Shown: positions 25,053-34,214, counted from the first letter of the stretch. The stretch: DNA of 34,214 bases from Methanobacteriota archaeon (GCA_028679495.1 JAJRBK010000018.1:1-34214), one strand, 5' to 3'. Numbers and translations are program-made. The notes: generated by a model from the sequence alone, not told the origin.

Positions 25053-25973
25053 ATGATCACCTGTTCTGCACCCGGTAAAGTCTACTTGTTCGGAGAACAT
25101 GCTGTTGTCTATGGACAGCCCGCGATAGCATGCGCAGTAGAAAGACGCGTGTTTACTTCAGTCAAGCTTCTAGCTTCGGGAGAAATAACAGTAAGCGCTA
25201 TGGGTAAGATCCAAAACTGTCATAGCACGGAGTTTAGGTATATATGCCAGGCAGTACAAACCTTCAAAAAGCGTACTAAAAATGATTTTGGTGCAGAAAT
25301 TACCATCAAATCTGAATTACCACCCAGCCAAGGCTTAGGTTCCTCGGCTGCAGTGACAGTCTCTACAATCAAAGCCTTAAGTGAGTGCCTTGGGATAGGG
25401 CTGCGAGACCAGGAAATCGCGGGTATGGGTCACCAAGTCGAGCATGCCATTCAGGGTAGAGCAAGTCCCGCCGACACGTTCGTCTCAGCAACAGGAGGCG
25501 TGGTTTTCATTGAAGGCACGAAGACATCGCACCTAATGCATCCTGACGTACCTATTATCATCGGAGCGACCGGTATTACGAGGTCAACGGGTGACGTTAT
25601 CAACTCTGTAGCACGAATGAAACGTGATTATCCGGAGATCATCAATAACATAATGTCTACGATAGGGGATATCACGCGTCTAGGAGAGCGTAAACTGATT
25701 GGAGGAGACATCAACAACGTAGGCGAGCTTATGAACATAAATCAAGGGCTTCTCGAATCAATAGGCGTCGGCGATATAATGCTAGATAAGCTGATTTATA
25801 GAGCAAGAGATGAGGGAGCTTTAGGAGCCAAAATGACGGGTGCCGGGCGAGGGGGGTGCATGTTCGCCATAGCACGAGAGGGCAACGTTAATGCGATTGC
25901 GGAAGCATTAGCACGAGAAGGCGCTCAAGTATTTATAACTGCATTTAGCAATGCAGGCTTGCGTGTCGAGTAA
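25053..25973 (+). CDS. mvk: mevalonate kinase
   Basis: SAPGKVYLFGEHAVVYG, PPSQGLGSSAA (GHMP motif) and KMTGAGRGGC motifs. ATG 25053 is preferred over the track's 24990. Confidence 0.9.
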   Translation: MITCSAPGKVYLFGEHAVVYGQPAIACAVERRVFTSVKLLASGEITVSAMGKIQNCHSTEFRYICQAVQTFKKRTKNDFGAEITIKSELPPSQGLGSSAAVTVSTIKALSECLGIGLRDQEIAGMGHQVEHAIQGRASPADTFVSATGGVVFIEGTKTSHLMHPDVPIIIGATGITRSTGDVINSVARMKRDYPEIINNIMSTIGDITRLGERKLIGGDINNVGELMNINQGLLESIGVGDIMLDKLIYRARDEGALGAKMTGAGRGGCMFAIAREGNVNAIAEALAREGAQVFITAFSNAGLRVE

Positions 25974-25989
25974 AGAGATCGTGCCACGT

Positions 25990-26739
25990 ATGATTTTACT
26001 CAAGATTGGCGGCTCTGTCTTAACAGACAAAGCAAGGGAGACAACGATTAATGAAGCGAATATGTGTATGGTAGCCCAGCAAATAGCCAACACGAGGGTC
26101 TCAAAACTTATGCTCGTCCACGGTGCCGGCTCCTTTGGGCACCCGCAAGCTATTAAATACTTATCTGAGGGCTTTAGCGCACAAGGAATATGGAAAACTC
26201 ATGCAGCAGTATGCTTGCTGAATACAATATTCATAGATGAATTACAGTCTAAAAACGTGCCTGCACTGCCGATACACCCACTAGACCACGTTATTGTTGA
26301 CCACGGCAAGATAGTGGAGTTTAATCTGGTTGCCCTACAACTTATGCTTGAAAACAACGTCATTCCAGTCATTCACGGCGACGTCGTGATGGATAGATCT
26401 CGACGTTTCAGCATCCTCTCAGGCGATCAATTAGTAACCCATCTTGCACGCATAATGCGGCCTCAAAAGACAGGCATGGGTACGGACGTCGACGGTATTA
26501 TCTACGAAGGGAAAACGATACGCCATCTCACTCCTACTGATTTTGAGAGGTACCGTGCGGGAATCACTGGTTCAGGCAATATAGACGTAACTGGAGGCAT
26601 GCTACACAAAGTCTCTGAGCTTATTGATCTAGCCAAACTGGGAATATCGTCACAAATATTCGACGCGACCAAGGAGGGAAACATCGCTAGATTCTTGGCC
26701 GCAGGCAACGATCTAGGTACAACGATATCAGCTGAATAA
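25990..26739 (+). CDS. isopentenyl phosphate kinase (amino-acid-kinase fold)
   Basis: MILLKIGGSVLTDK, VHGAGSFGH and DVTGGM motifs. ATG 25990 is preferred over 25951. Confidence 0.85.
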   Translation: MILLKIGGSVLTDKARETTINEANMCMVAQQIANTRVSKLMLVHGAGSFGHPQAIKYLSEGFSAQGIWKTHAAVCLLNTIFIDELQSKNVPALPIHPLDHVIVDHGKIVEFNLVALQLMLENNVIPVIHGDVVMDRSRRFSILSGDQLVTHLARIMRPQKTGMGTDVDGIIYEGKTIRHLTPTDFERYRAGITGSGNIDVTGGMLHKVSELIDLAKLGISSQIFDATKEGNIARFLAAGNDLGTTISAE

Positions 26740-26741
26740 AA

Positions 26742-27806
26742 ATGATAACGAACAGGAAGATAGAACACCTAACACTCTGCACCGAGGAAGACGTTGAGTC
26801 AGGGAAAACTGGCTTCAGTGATATTCGTTTTGTTCATAATGCGCTTCCCGAGGTTTCAAAATCGACGCTTGACACGACAGCAACGTTTCTTGGAAACCAT
26901 TTTAGCAACCCGGTATTTATCGCTGGGATGACAGGGGGGCACCCGGAGACGACAAGAGTAAACGCTGCACTTGCAGAAGCCGCTGAGCAGCTTGGCATAG
27001 GTATAGGAGTGGGGAGCCAGCGGGCGGCGATTGAGAATCCTAAATTAATCGAATCTTTTAGCATCGTTAGAGAGCGAGCCCCCCATGCTTTCGTCGTCGC
27101 GAACATCGGAGCGCTCCAGATCAAGGAGTATGAGCTAGAGGTTGTTGAGCGTTTAATTGAGATGGTCGACGCTAATGCACTTGCGATTCACCTCAACTTT
27201 TTGCAGGAGGCAATACAACCAGAAGGCAATACTGACGCCGAAGGATGCCTCGAAGCGATAGAATCAGTTAGCAAATCAGTTCGCGTGCCAATAATTGCTA
27301 AAGAGACGGGCGCAGGAATCTCACGGGAAGTTGCTGTGAGACTCAAAAAAGCGGGCGTATCGGCAATTGACGTAGGGGGAGCTGGCGGCACGAGCTGGGC
27401 AAAGGTTGAGGCATTCCGCGCGTCTAATGATCCGACCCTAGAAAGGCTTGGAACGTTGTACGAAAGTTGGGGTATACCGACGGCCGTTTCAATATTAGAA
27501 GCATCAAGCCTGCCCATCATCGCAACGGGCGGAATTAGGAATGGGCTCCAAGTAGCGAAGTCTATAGCACTAGGCGCATCGCTTTGCGGTATCGGGCTCC
27601 CACTACTGAAACCTGCATTAAACGGTTCTGTGCATGTGATAAATGAAATAAGCTCCGTCGTTGAAGAATTGAAAGTCGCTATGTTCTTGACAGGCAGCAC
27701 GGAACTAGATGATCTGAGGAGCACCCCCTTAATTATTACCGGCGAAACAGCGCAGACGCTCCAGTTACGAGGGTTCAATTTGATGAGACCTCAGGAGAGG
27801 AGGTAA
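26742..27806 (+). CDS. fni: type 2 (FMN-dependent) isopentenyl-diphosphate delta-isomerase
   Basis: NRKIEHL N-terminus, IAGMTGG, VGSQRAA, IAKETGAGIS, DVGGAGGTSWA and ATGGIRNG motifs. Confidence 0.9.
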   Translation: MITNRKIEHLTLCTEEDVESGKTGFSDIRFVHNALPEVSKSTLDTTATFLGNHFSNPVFIAGMTGGHPETTRVNAALAEAAEQLGIGIGVGSQRAAIENPKLIESFSIVRERAPHAFVVANIGALQIKEYELEVVERLIEMVDANALAIHLNFLQEAIQPEGNTDAEGCLEAIESVSKSVRVPIIAKETGAGISREVAVRLKKAGVSAIDVGGAGGTSWAKVEAFRASNDPTLERLGTLYESWGIPTAVSILEASSLPIIATGGIRNGLQVAKSIALGASLCGIGLPLLKPALNGSVHVINEISSVVEELKVAMFLTGSTELDDLRSTPLIITGETAQTLQLRGFNLMRPQERR

Positions 27807-27810
27807 GAAT

Positions 27811-29151
27811 GTGGAAATAGAAGTCAACGCGATTGGCGGTTATGAAGAGGTAGGACGCAATATGACCGCCATCAGAGTGAACGAAGACATCGTGATTATT
27901 GATATGGGACTTCGGCTCGATAGGATTGCTATTCACGAGGATGCAGAAATAGAACGGATGCATTCCATAGATCTCATCAAAATGGGAGCTATACCTAACG
28001 ACGCGGTACTAAGCCGATCAAAGGGATTAGTCAAGGCAATAGTGTGTACGCACGGGCATCTTGATCATATTGGTGCGGTCCCTAAGCTCGCCCATAGGTA
28101 TGAAGCGCCCATAATAGCAACTCCCTTTACAGCCGAGCTCATTGCCCAACAGATAAGCGTTGAGAAGAAGTTCGGCGTGGAGAACCCTCTTTATACGCTT
28201 GACGCGGGGCAGATTTACCAGATTACTCCCGACGTTGCCGTAGAATTTGTGAGAGGGACACACAGTATACCAGATCCCGTTTTTGCTGTGCTTCATACGC
28301 CTGCAGGTGCCCTCGTCTATGCAAACGATTTCAAACTTGATAGGACACCCGTCATTGGCAAACCTCCCGATTTTAATCGTCTCAAAAGCCTAGGCAAAGA
28401 AGGAGTCTTAGCATTAATTGTTGAGAGTACCCGCGTAAAAGTAGCCGGAAAAACGCCTTCAGAACAGATCGCGAAAGATCTTGTCAGAGACGTTCTTTTG
28501 GGAACTGAGGAACTCGAAAACGGCGTGCTTGTCACCACCTTTTCGTCACACATAGCTCGAGTGAAGTCTATCGTAGAAGCCGCCGACGAGATGGATCGAC
28601 ATCCGCTACTTCTCGGTCGTTCCATGGAACGCTATTTAAGGACTGCTGAAAGCGTGGGACTTGTCGAGCTTCCAGATAATGTTGGAGTATATGGAAATAG
28701 AAGATCGGTCGACAAAATTCTCAAGCGGGTTATGCAAGACGGAAAAGAGAAGTATTTACCGATAATAACCGGCCATCAAGGGGAGCCAGAGGCGATGCTC
28801 ACGAGGGTTGCACGTGAACTTACCCCTTATCAAGTTACATCAGGCGACAAGATCGTGTTCTCAGCCGAGGTGATACCATCCCCTCTCAACGTGGCAAACC
28901 GGTATTCGCTCGAAACGAAGCTTAAGATGCATGGTGCACGCCTCTATACAAACGTCCATGTATCAGGCCACGCGGCGCGCGAAGACCACTGGGAGTTCAT
29001 TAAGATGCTAAAGCCAGATCACATCTTCCCCACACATGGCGATCTAAGCATGACGAGCTCGTATGTTGAACTCGCCGAAGAAGCAGGTTACAGTCTAAGA
29101 GATAACATACACCTGCTGAGGAACGGACAGAATATGGCGATTGAGCGCTAA
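27811..29151 (+). CDS. beta-CASP / metallo-beta-lactamase ribonuclease, archaeal RNase J-like
   Basis: IDMG, CTHGHLDHIGA (HxHxDH), a later H in VHVSGHA, and PTHGD. ~446 aa. GTG start. It holds the conserved position between idi2 and the GGPP synthase gene. Confidence 0.75.
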   Translation: MEIEVNAIGGYEEVGRNMTAIRVNEDIVIIDMGLRLDRIAIHEDAEIERMHSIDLIKMGAIPNDAVLSRSKGLVKAIVCTHGHLDHIGAVPKLAHRYEAPIIATPFTAELIAQQISVEKKFGVENPLYTLDAGQIYQITPDVAVEFVRGTHSIPDPVFAVLHTPAGALVYANDFKLDRTPVIGKPPDFNRLKSLGKEGVLALIVESTRVKVAGKTPSEQIAKDLVRDVLLGTEELENGVLVTTFSSHIARVKSIVEAADEMDRHPLLLGRSMERYLRTAESVGLVELPDNVGVYGNRRSVDKILKRVMQDGKEKYLPIITGHQGEPEAMLTRVARELTPYQVTSGDKIVFSAEVIPSPLNVANRYSLETKLKMHGARLYTNVHVSGHAAREDHWEFIKMLKPDHIFPTHGDLSMTSSYVELAEEAGYSLRDNIHLLRNGQNMAIER

Positions 29152-29215
29152 GTTGAAAAAGGCCTTAAAATCCTCGGGCCGTAATCAGGTCGAACAAAAG
29201 AAAGAAAGGAGAAGC

Positions 29216-30184
29216 ATGCACGATTGGAAAGTTAGTGTGCAAGAGAAAAAACGTCTAATAGACGGGGCGCTCGATGAGTTAATTCCGCTGGTGTTTCCCG
29301 AGGAGCTGTACAGGGCCGCTCGGTACCTCATAGAAGCTGGCGGAAAGAGGCTTCGCCCGATCGTTGTTTTGCTTAGCGCCCGAGCTCTACAACCAAATAT
29401 TGAGATAGAGCAGATATTGCCGGCTGCAGCAGCGGTGGAACTGGTCCACAATTTTACGCTCGTACACGATGATATTATGGACGCTGATGAGACACGGCGC
29501 TCCATAGAAACCGTGCATACAAAATGGGGGCTATCAGAAGGAATACTCGCTGGCGACGCCCTTTACGCAAAAGCATTTGAGATTCTTTCCTACACACTAG
29601 CCAAGCCCGAGAATGTGACGAAATGTCTGCGAATTCTGTCAAAGGCCTGCTTGCACGTCTGTGAGGGCCAGTGGCTTGATATTACGTTCGAAAATGATCG
29701 CCGTATATCAGAAGCTCAATATCTTGAGATGGTTCAAAAAAAGACGGCGTCGCTTTACGCAGCCGCCCTCGCAATGGGTGGCATTCTTGCAGACGGCATT
29801 GAAGATGAGATTCAAGCGATGTGGGAATTCGGCTTAGCTATGGGCATAGCCTTTCAGATTCGTGATGACGTGCTTGATTTAATCACGCCGTATGACGTGC
29901 TTGGGAAAGATCGAGGAAGTGACCTAGTAGAAGGAAAGATGACCCTGATAATGATTCACGGGCTCAGGCACGGAGTAAAACTTAACTTATCAGAACTCAC
30001 GGCCGAGAGAGAGATTGACGAGGCAGTGAAGACTTTAGAGGACGCGGGGTCAATCGCTTATGCAATGGAAAAAGCGCATGAGATCTTGGATTCAGGCAAA
30101 TCAAAAATCGCATCGCTCACCGATTCAGAGGCAAAAGAGGAGCTTCTCAAGCTAGCTGAGTACATGATCTCTAGGACGTACTGA
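29216..30184 (+). CDS. idsA: geranylgeranyl diphosphate synthase (short-chain trans-prenyltransferase)
   Basis: GGKRLRP, first Asp-rich motif LVHDDIMDADETRR with Phe five residues upstream, second motif FQIRDDVLD. ATG 29216 is preceded by AGGAG and preferred over the track's 29141. Confidence 0.85.
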   Translation: MHDWKVSVQEKKRLIDGALDELIPLVFPEELYRAARYLIEAGGKRLRPIVVLLSARALQPNIEIEQILPAAAAVELVHNFTLVHDDIMDADETRRSIETVHTKWGLSEGILAGDALYAKAFEILSYTLAKPENVTKCLRILSKACLHVCEGQWLDITFENDRRISEAQYLEMVQKKTASLYAAALAMGGILADGIEDEIQAMWEFGLAMGIAFQIRDDVLDLITPYDVLGKDRGSDLVEGKMTLIMIHGLRHGVKLNLSELTAEREIDEAVKTLEDAGSIAYAMEKAHEILDSGKSKIASLTDSEAKEELLKLAEYMISRTY

Positions 30185-30209
30185 GTGTACGCCATCAAGA
30201 GGAGACGAC

Positions 30210-31901
30210 GTGGATCCTGAACGATTAAAAGACCTCATCAGGAGAAGGGCGCTAGATAATGCGACGAGGCACGACGGGAAAGCCGAATTAAAGGCGGTGA
30301 TTTCCGGAACGATCGGAGAGCACCCCGACCTGAAACAACATGCGAGAGAGATAGCGTCTATAGCAAGAACGGTTGTCGATGAGATCAACGCGCTCTCGGT
30401 CGACGAGCAGGACCAACTAATCAAAGAAACGGCGCCTGAATTGCTAGAAATGAGTTCAACACAGCGGCGCAAAGAGGAGTATCTGCCTGCTTTACCGCAT
30501 AGCGATCGTGTAGTGATGAGGTTCGCACCTAATCCCAACGGGCCTGCCACGTTAGGTAGTGCACGCGGGATTATTGTAAACTCGGAGTATGCGAGAAGGT
30601 ACGACGGGTCCTTTATTCTGCGCTTTGATGATACGGATCCCCAGACGAAACGACCGATGCTCGAGGCCTATGATTGGTACCTTGATGATTGTACGTGGCT
30701 TGGTGCTGCTCCTGATGCTGTTGTCACAGCATCAGACAGGGTGGAGATCTATTACCGCTATGCTGAACAACTAATCGAGCAAGGAGCCGCCTACGTCTGC
30801 ACTTGTCCCCAACAGCAGTTTAAAGAGCTAAAGAACGCACGATTAGCGTGCCGTGACCGTCAGCGGACTCCAAAAGAGAACTTGACGCTCTGGACGAAAA
30901 TGCTTGATGGAAGTTTTGGTGAAAAGGAGGCTGTCCTAAGGATAAAGACGGACATTGAACACAGGAACCCAGCGTTGCGGGATTGGGCTGCCTTTAGGAT
31001 TATCGATGTAATGCATCCATTGGGGTTGACCTTCCGTGTATGGCCGATGTTAGACTTTGAGTCTGCGATAGAAGACCACGTGCTTGGAGTCACGCACATA
31101 ATCCGCGGTAAGGATTTACGCGACAGCGAGCAAAGGCAAAAATTTCTCTATGACCATTTCAAGTGGTCGTACCCTTTTACCTTGCACTGGGGGCGAATCA
31201 GCATCCACGAGTATGGCAAGTTCTCGACTAGTGCTTTAAAGAAGCAGATTGAACAGGGAGTATATCGTGGATGGGACGATCCACAGCTCCCTACCATACG
31301 GGCCTTCAGGCGCCGAGGCTTCATGGCACAGGCAATAAGACAGTTTATGCTGAAGCTGGGCGTCAACGAATCAGATATTAGTATCAGCTTGGAAAACCTC
31401 TATGCTGAAAATCGAAAGCTAGTCGACCCCGTTGCTAACCGATACTTCTTCGTGCATAATCCTAAAATGATGAGCTTACAAGGTGTCGCTCCTACTGTAG
31501 CGCGCGCGCCCGTACATCCATCCAACCCTGATCTAATACGGAGAATCGCCGTTGGCTCACAGGTATGTGTAAGCGCAACGGACCTAAAATTCTCTTCTAG
31601 CGATGTAATCAGGCTTAAAGATCTCTACAACGTCCGCATTACGAGCAAAGAGCCACTCGAAGCTGAATATGCTGGTAACGAGATCACTAAGGGTTTAAAG
31701 ATTATTCACTGGGCGCCACCTGAAGGGCCGCTTGTCGAAGTTCTGAAGCCTGATGGGGTTGATAATGGTATTGGAGAGCCCGGTCTAGAAACAGAACAAG
31801 ATAGAGTTGTGCAGTTTGAGCGCTATGGATTTGTACGAGTGGACAGCGTGCAAACTCAGGGAGAACGATCAAAGATCGTATGCTATTTTACCCACAAGTA
31901 G
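30210..31901 (+). CDS. gltX: glutamyl-tRNA synthetase, archaeal/eukaryal type, with a non-canonical HIGH motif (TLGS)
   Basis: RFAPNPNGP..., RFDDTDP, THIIRGKD, FSTSAL...GWDDPQLPTIRAFRRRG and C-terminal QFERYGFVRVD blocks match archaeal GluRS. GTG start is preceded by GGAG. Confidence 0.85.
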   Translation: MDPERLKDLIRRRALDNATRHDGKAELKAVISGTIGEHPDLKQHAREIASIARTVVDEINALSVDEQDQLIKETAPELLEMSSTQRRKEEYLPALPHSDRVVMRFAPNPNGPATLGSARGIIVNSEYARRYDGSFILRFDDTDPQTKRPMLEAYDWYLDDCTWLGAAPDAVVTASDRVEIYYRYAEQLIEQGAAYVCTCPQQQFKELKNARLACRDRQRTPKENLTLWTKMLDGSFGEKEAVLRIKTDIEHRNPALRDWAAFRIIDVMHPLGLTFRVWPMLDFESAIEDHVLGVTHIIRGKDLRDSEQRQKFLYDHFKWSYPFTLHWGRISIHEYGKFSTSALKKQIEQGVYRGWDDPQLPTIRAFRRRGFMAQAIRQFMLKLGVNESDISISLENLYAENRKLVDPVANRYFFVHNPKMMSLQGVAPTVARAPVHPSNPDLIRRIAVGSQVCVSATDLKFSSSDVIRLKDLYNVRITSKEPLEAEYAGNEITKGLKIIHWAPPEGPLVEVLKPDGVDNGIGEPGLETEQDRVVQFERYGFVRVDSVQTQGERSKIVCYFTHK

Positions 31902-31961
31902 GAGTTCCTTCTCTTTGTTATGTTATCGCCTCACGATATATTCAATCTCAACCTTGCGAGC

Positions 31962-33755
31962 CTAAGCGTTAAGAAGTACGAGGAGGAGAGAGATAGCAAC
32001 CGAAGCGGCAATTGTTGAAATGGCGAGTGCACCCCCCATCGCCATCATCGCGTTCACCGTGCTCGCTAATTGAGCTGTCTTCTGTGAGCCAAACACAGAT
32101 ACCCCAGTCGCCAGTTGAGTATCCATGCCGACTGAGACAGGCACGAGGTTCTCCTGAGCTTCCTCTACCAGCTGCATGATTGACTTTAAGAGTAGGCCGT
32201 AGTCAGCTTTAAAGCCGAGCAGATTGGTACCAGTGTATGCGTTGACGACGTGATTATCGGTCGTCATGACTTCTACCTGATCAACTTTTAGAGCATTTAC
32301 GATGATCTCTCGGAGGTTAGGCACCATATTGTTGGCATCAATGAGAACGTAGGCTGTTCGCTGCTCTTCGACCTCCACGACAGCAACTTGTATTCCTAGG
32401 TCGCCCATGCCCTCTTCCCGGCTCAAGATTGGGGCCGCTCTCGAAACTCCCACTTTAATGCCGTTTCGTAGTGGTTCTTGTTTCATAAGCTTCATCGAAG
32501 CGTCCCTAATCGCTTCGATGAGATCGAAGGAGTGCTTCGTTCCTGCCCACATTGAAGAGGCGAATGGGGCTGTGCAATTATGCGCATCCACTAAGGCCGC
32601 ATATTCTACTCCATATATTTTTGCCTCGGCGCTTGCGACAAGGCCAAGTCCATATTCAATGTCTTCGGTTGATTCTGGCGAGAGAGTTGATACGAACAAG
32701 ATTGAATTGCCAAATCTCTGAGCAAGAAGCTTCACATCGCCTTTTTGTACTCTTATTGATTTTGATGCCTCTAAAGAATAACGAGTCTGCTCGAGTGAAC
32801 GAGCCGCCGCTTCAACGATTTTCAACGATTCTGTCGCTGAAACTAAATTGAAATCGTGGGTAGCTGTGCCGTGTGGAACGAACACGTGACCCCCGTCTAG
32901 ATTATTGACTATCCTAACGGGGAGGTTTCCCCCACCCACTTCACCCATGGGTCCGGGGTGAACGGCCGGTATTACAAACGTCGCCTTCAGATCGCCACCG
33001 TTGGATCGAAAAGAAAGCGTCGTAACAGGTACCTCTACTGACTCTCCGATTTTTTTGAAGAATTCTTCCATTCTAGGAGCTCCTTCCACCGTCTGAGCGA
33101 TGTAATCACGGATAAAATCCATTGCACTGACGCCGAATGACTTTCTCAGTGGCGCATCTATGTACCGGATAAAGGTCAAGGCTCCTAGGGTGAAAACTAT
33201 GCTAATTGCGGCTAGATTTACCACGTAATCTGTAACTCCAAAAAGCGGAAGAAAGAGCGCCCCAAATACTGTTTGGAGTGATGCAGGAATTATGTTGCGA
33301 ATCAAGCTTTTAGCAGTAATCGCGGTCAATATGAGAACTCTAAACGCAAATACTGCCCCCAACGACATTATGTAAGCAGGGATGACTATTTGCCAGCCGA
33401 ATATAAGTGATAACAAAGCGCCTAGGACACAAAAAACGCTGATTATAATGGTTCCGACAAACGCTAGCAACGCAGAGCGGTTGATGGTCATTTGTCCCTG
33501 AAGCAACCGTGCAATAGGAAGCGTGAGGATTGCAGTCATGACTGCAGGAACCCCAATTAGGACCAAACCAGCGAAAATATTCTCATTCCATCCGAAGTTG
33601 AAAAAAACGCCGGCACCAACAACCAGCGACAAGGCAAGCGTAACAGGTATGGTGTTTTTCCATCGTGGAGCAGTAAAAACGTACTTCATTAGGCCTGCCG
33701 TTCGCTCCTCCATCCCCTTTACGACTTGTCCTTTGCTATGATTCCTGAGCCTCAT
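31962..33755 (-). CDS. polytopic membrane protein with a large soluble domain, DUF2070-like (family assignment from memory)
   Basis: N-terminal ~200 aa contains several hydrophobic helices. The soluble part carries VHPGPMGEVGGGNLP, VPHGTATHDFNL, DAHNC and TTDNH motifs. A C-terminal hydrophobic helix follows. Confidence 0.5.
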   Translation of the reverse strand: MRLRNHSKGQVVKGMEERTAGLMKYVFTAPRWKNTIPVTLALSLVVGAGVFFNFGWNENIFAGLVLIGVPAVMTAILTLPIARLLQGQMTINRSALLAFVGTIIISVFCVLGALLSLIFGWQIVIPAYIMSLGAVFAFRVLILTAITAKSLIRNIIPASLQTVFGALFLPLFGVTDYVVNLAAISIVFTLGALTFIRYIDAPLRKSFGVSAMDFIRDYIAQTVEGAPRMEEFFKKIGESVEVPVTTLSFRSNGGDLKATFVIPAVHPGPMGEVGGGNLPVRIVNNLDGGHVFVPHGTATHDFNLVSATESLKIVEAAARSLEQTRYSLEASKSIRVQKGDVKLLAQRFGNSILFVSTLSPESTEDIEYGLGLVASAEAKIYGVEYAALVDAHNCTAPFASSMWAGTKHSFDLIEAIRDASMKLMKQEPLRNGIKVGVSRAAPILSREEGMGDLGIQVAVVEVEEQRTAYVLIDANNMVPNLREIIVNALKVDQVEVMTTDNHVVNAYTGTNLLGFKADYGLLLKSIMQLVEEAQENLVPVSVGMDTQLATGVSVFGSQKTAQLASTVNAMMAMGGALAISTIAASVAISLLLVLLNA

Positions 33756-33762
33756 TGACCTC

Positions 33763-34214
33763 CTATCGCTGCTTATCTACGAGCTTGAAGTCGTTGACTT
33801 CTATTTTTCCCCTATACTGTTCACCAAACCACTGTTTCTTGTAATTCTTCAAAACTATGCGCTTTTTGAATATGGACGCATCAAGAACGAGCGTTTCATA
33901 CTCCCCTCCCTCCCCCATTATGTGGACGCCGTATCTTTTATTAAGTTCAACTAGCGCATCGACTGCAGTATTATCTAATTTCCTACCGAGCCACGACTCG
34001 TCCATTCCATACGCAGCGACTTGGACTATGACAATATCCATCGATCGAGCCATCGCACGCAGTAAACCTTCGGTCCCTTTACCCCAGAGCGGTGCGCATA
34101 ATTGCAAGCTCAGCTCATCACACAGCGCCTTAAGTCGGTTCATCTGGTAGTTGGATTCTATCGTTCCTGCTACAAGTCCATCGATATTGAGACCGTGTAA
34201 GAGATCGTGTAAAA
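33763..34214 (-). CDS. diphthine-ammonia ligase-like PP-loop ATPase domain protein (Dph6 / MJ0570 family), C-terminal part; 5' end lies beyond the window
   Basis: The frame stays open upstream of the track's Met to the window edge (…LHDLLHGLNIDGLVAGTIESNYQMNRLKALC…). It contains a GEGGEYETLVLD motif. Confidence 0.65.
   Translation of the reverse strand, partial: LHDLLHGLNIDGLVAGTIESNYQMNRLKALCDELSLQLCAPLWGKGTEGLLRAMARSMDIVIVQVAAYGMDESWLGRKLDNTAVDALVELNKRYGVHIMGEGGEYETLVLDASIFKKRIVLKNYKKQWFGEQYRGKIEVNDFKLVDKQR

Noticed and set aside
27188-27778. Long antisense ORFs in the track: 196 aa opposite idi2. Others of the same kind are 18687-19202 opposite S13/S4, 15547-16002 opposite the riboflavin reductase, 16028-16378 opposite archease, 166-396 opposite aIF5B and 29185-29505 opposite the GGPPS gene.
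   Set aside because: Each lies entirely within, and opposite to, a gene with strong family motifs. Their translations are low-complexity (Ser/Ala/Arg/Pro-rich) with no motifs, as is typical of shadow ORFs.
1-34214. Search for mobile elements, integrases, toxin-antitoxin pairs, restriction-modification, CRISPR-Cas or other defence islands.
   Set aside because: No ORF shows transposase, integrase, nuclease-helicase or Cas-like motifs and there are no repeat arrays. The window is dominated by housekeeping genes in conserved order.

Overview
This window reads as a gene-dense archaeal (euryarchaeote-type) chromosomal segment. All calls come from by-eye motif recognition and hand folding; no database search was possible. 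Left to right: aIF5B (partial), tRNA-Gly and an archaeal histone. Next comes a radical-SAM / IorA-like TPP enzyme pair beside a LeuA/LeuC/LeuD/LeuB-type 2-oxoacid elongation cluster with two uncharacterised ORFs. Two intron-containing tRNAs (Leu-UAA, Glu-UUC) sit in an ~870-bp non-coding stretch. These are followed by dTDP-glucose 4,6-dehydratase, PurS/PurQ, a GT4-GT2-flippase-like glycan cluster, an archaeal riboflavin-pathway reductase and archease+RtcB. Then come SRP (7S) RNA and tRNA-Ser, and the conserved S13-S4-S11-RpoD-tRNALeu-L18e-L13-S9-RpoN-tRNAPro-RpoK-enolase-S2 region. The window ends with the MEMO-MVK-IPK-IDI2-RNase J-GGPP synthase cluster, GluRS, a DUF2070-like membrane protein and a partial Dph6-like gene. 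I saw no CRISPR array, transposase, integrase or recognisable defence gene. Three things stand out. (i) A translationally coupled radical SAM enzyme and an orphan IorA homologue lacking its ferredoxin domain lie next to a homocitrate-synthase/homoaconitase-type (YLRT loop) cluster and a Cys-rich 277-aa unknown; this may be one 2-oxoacid elongation-plus-tailoring module. (ii) The operon-resident enolase homologue is short and has lost most catalytic and metal-binding residues. (iii) The GluRS HIGH motif reads TLGS.
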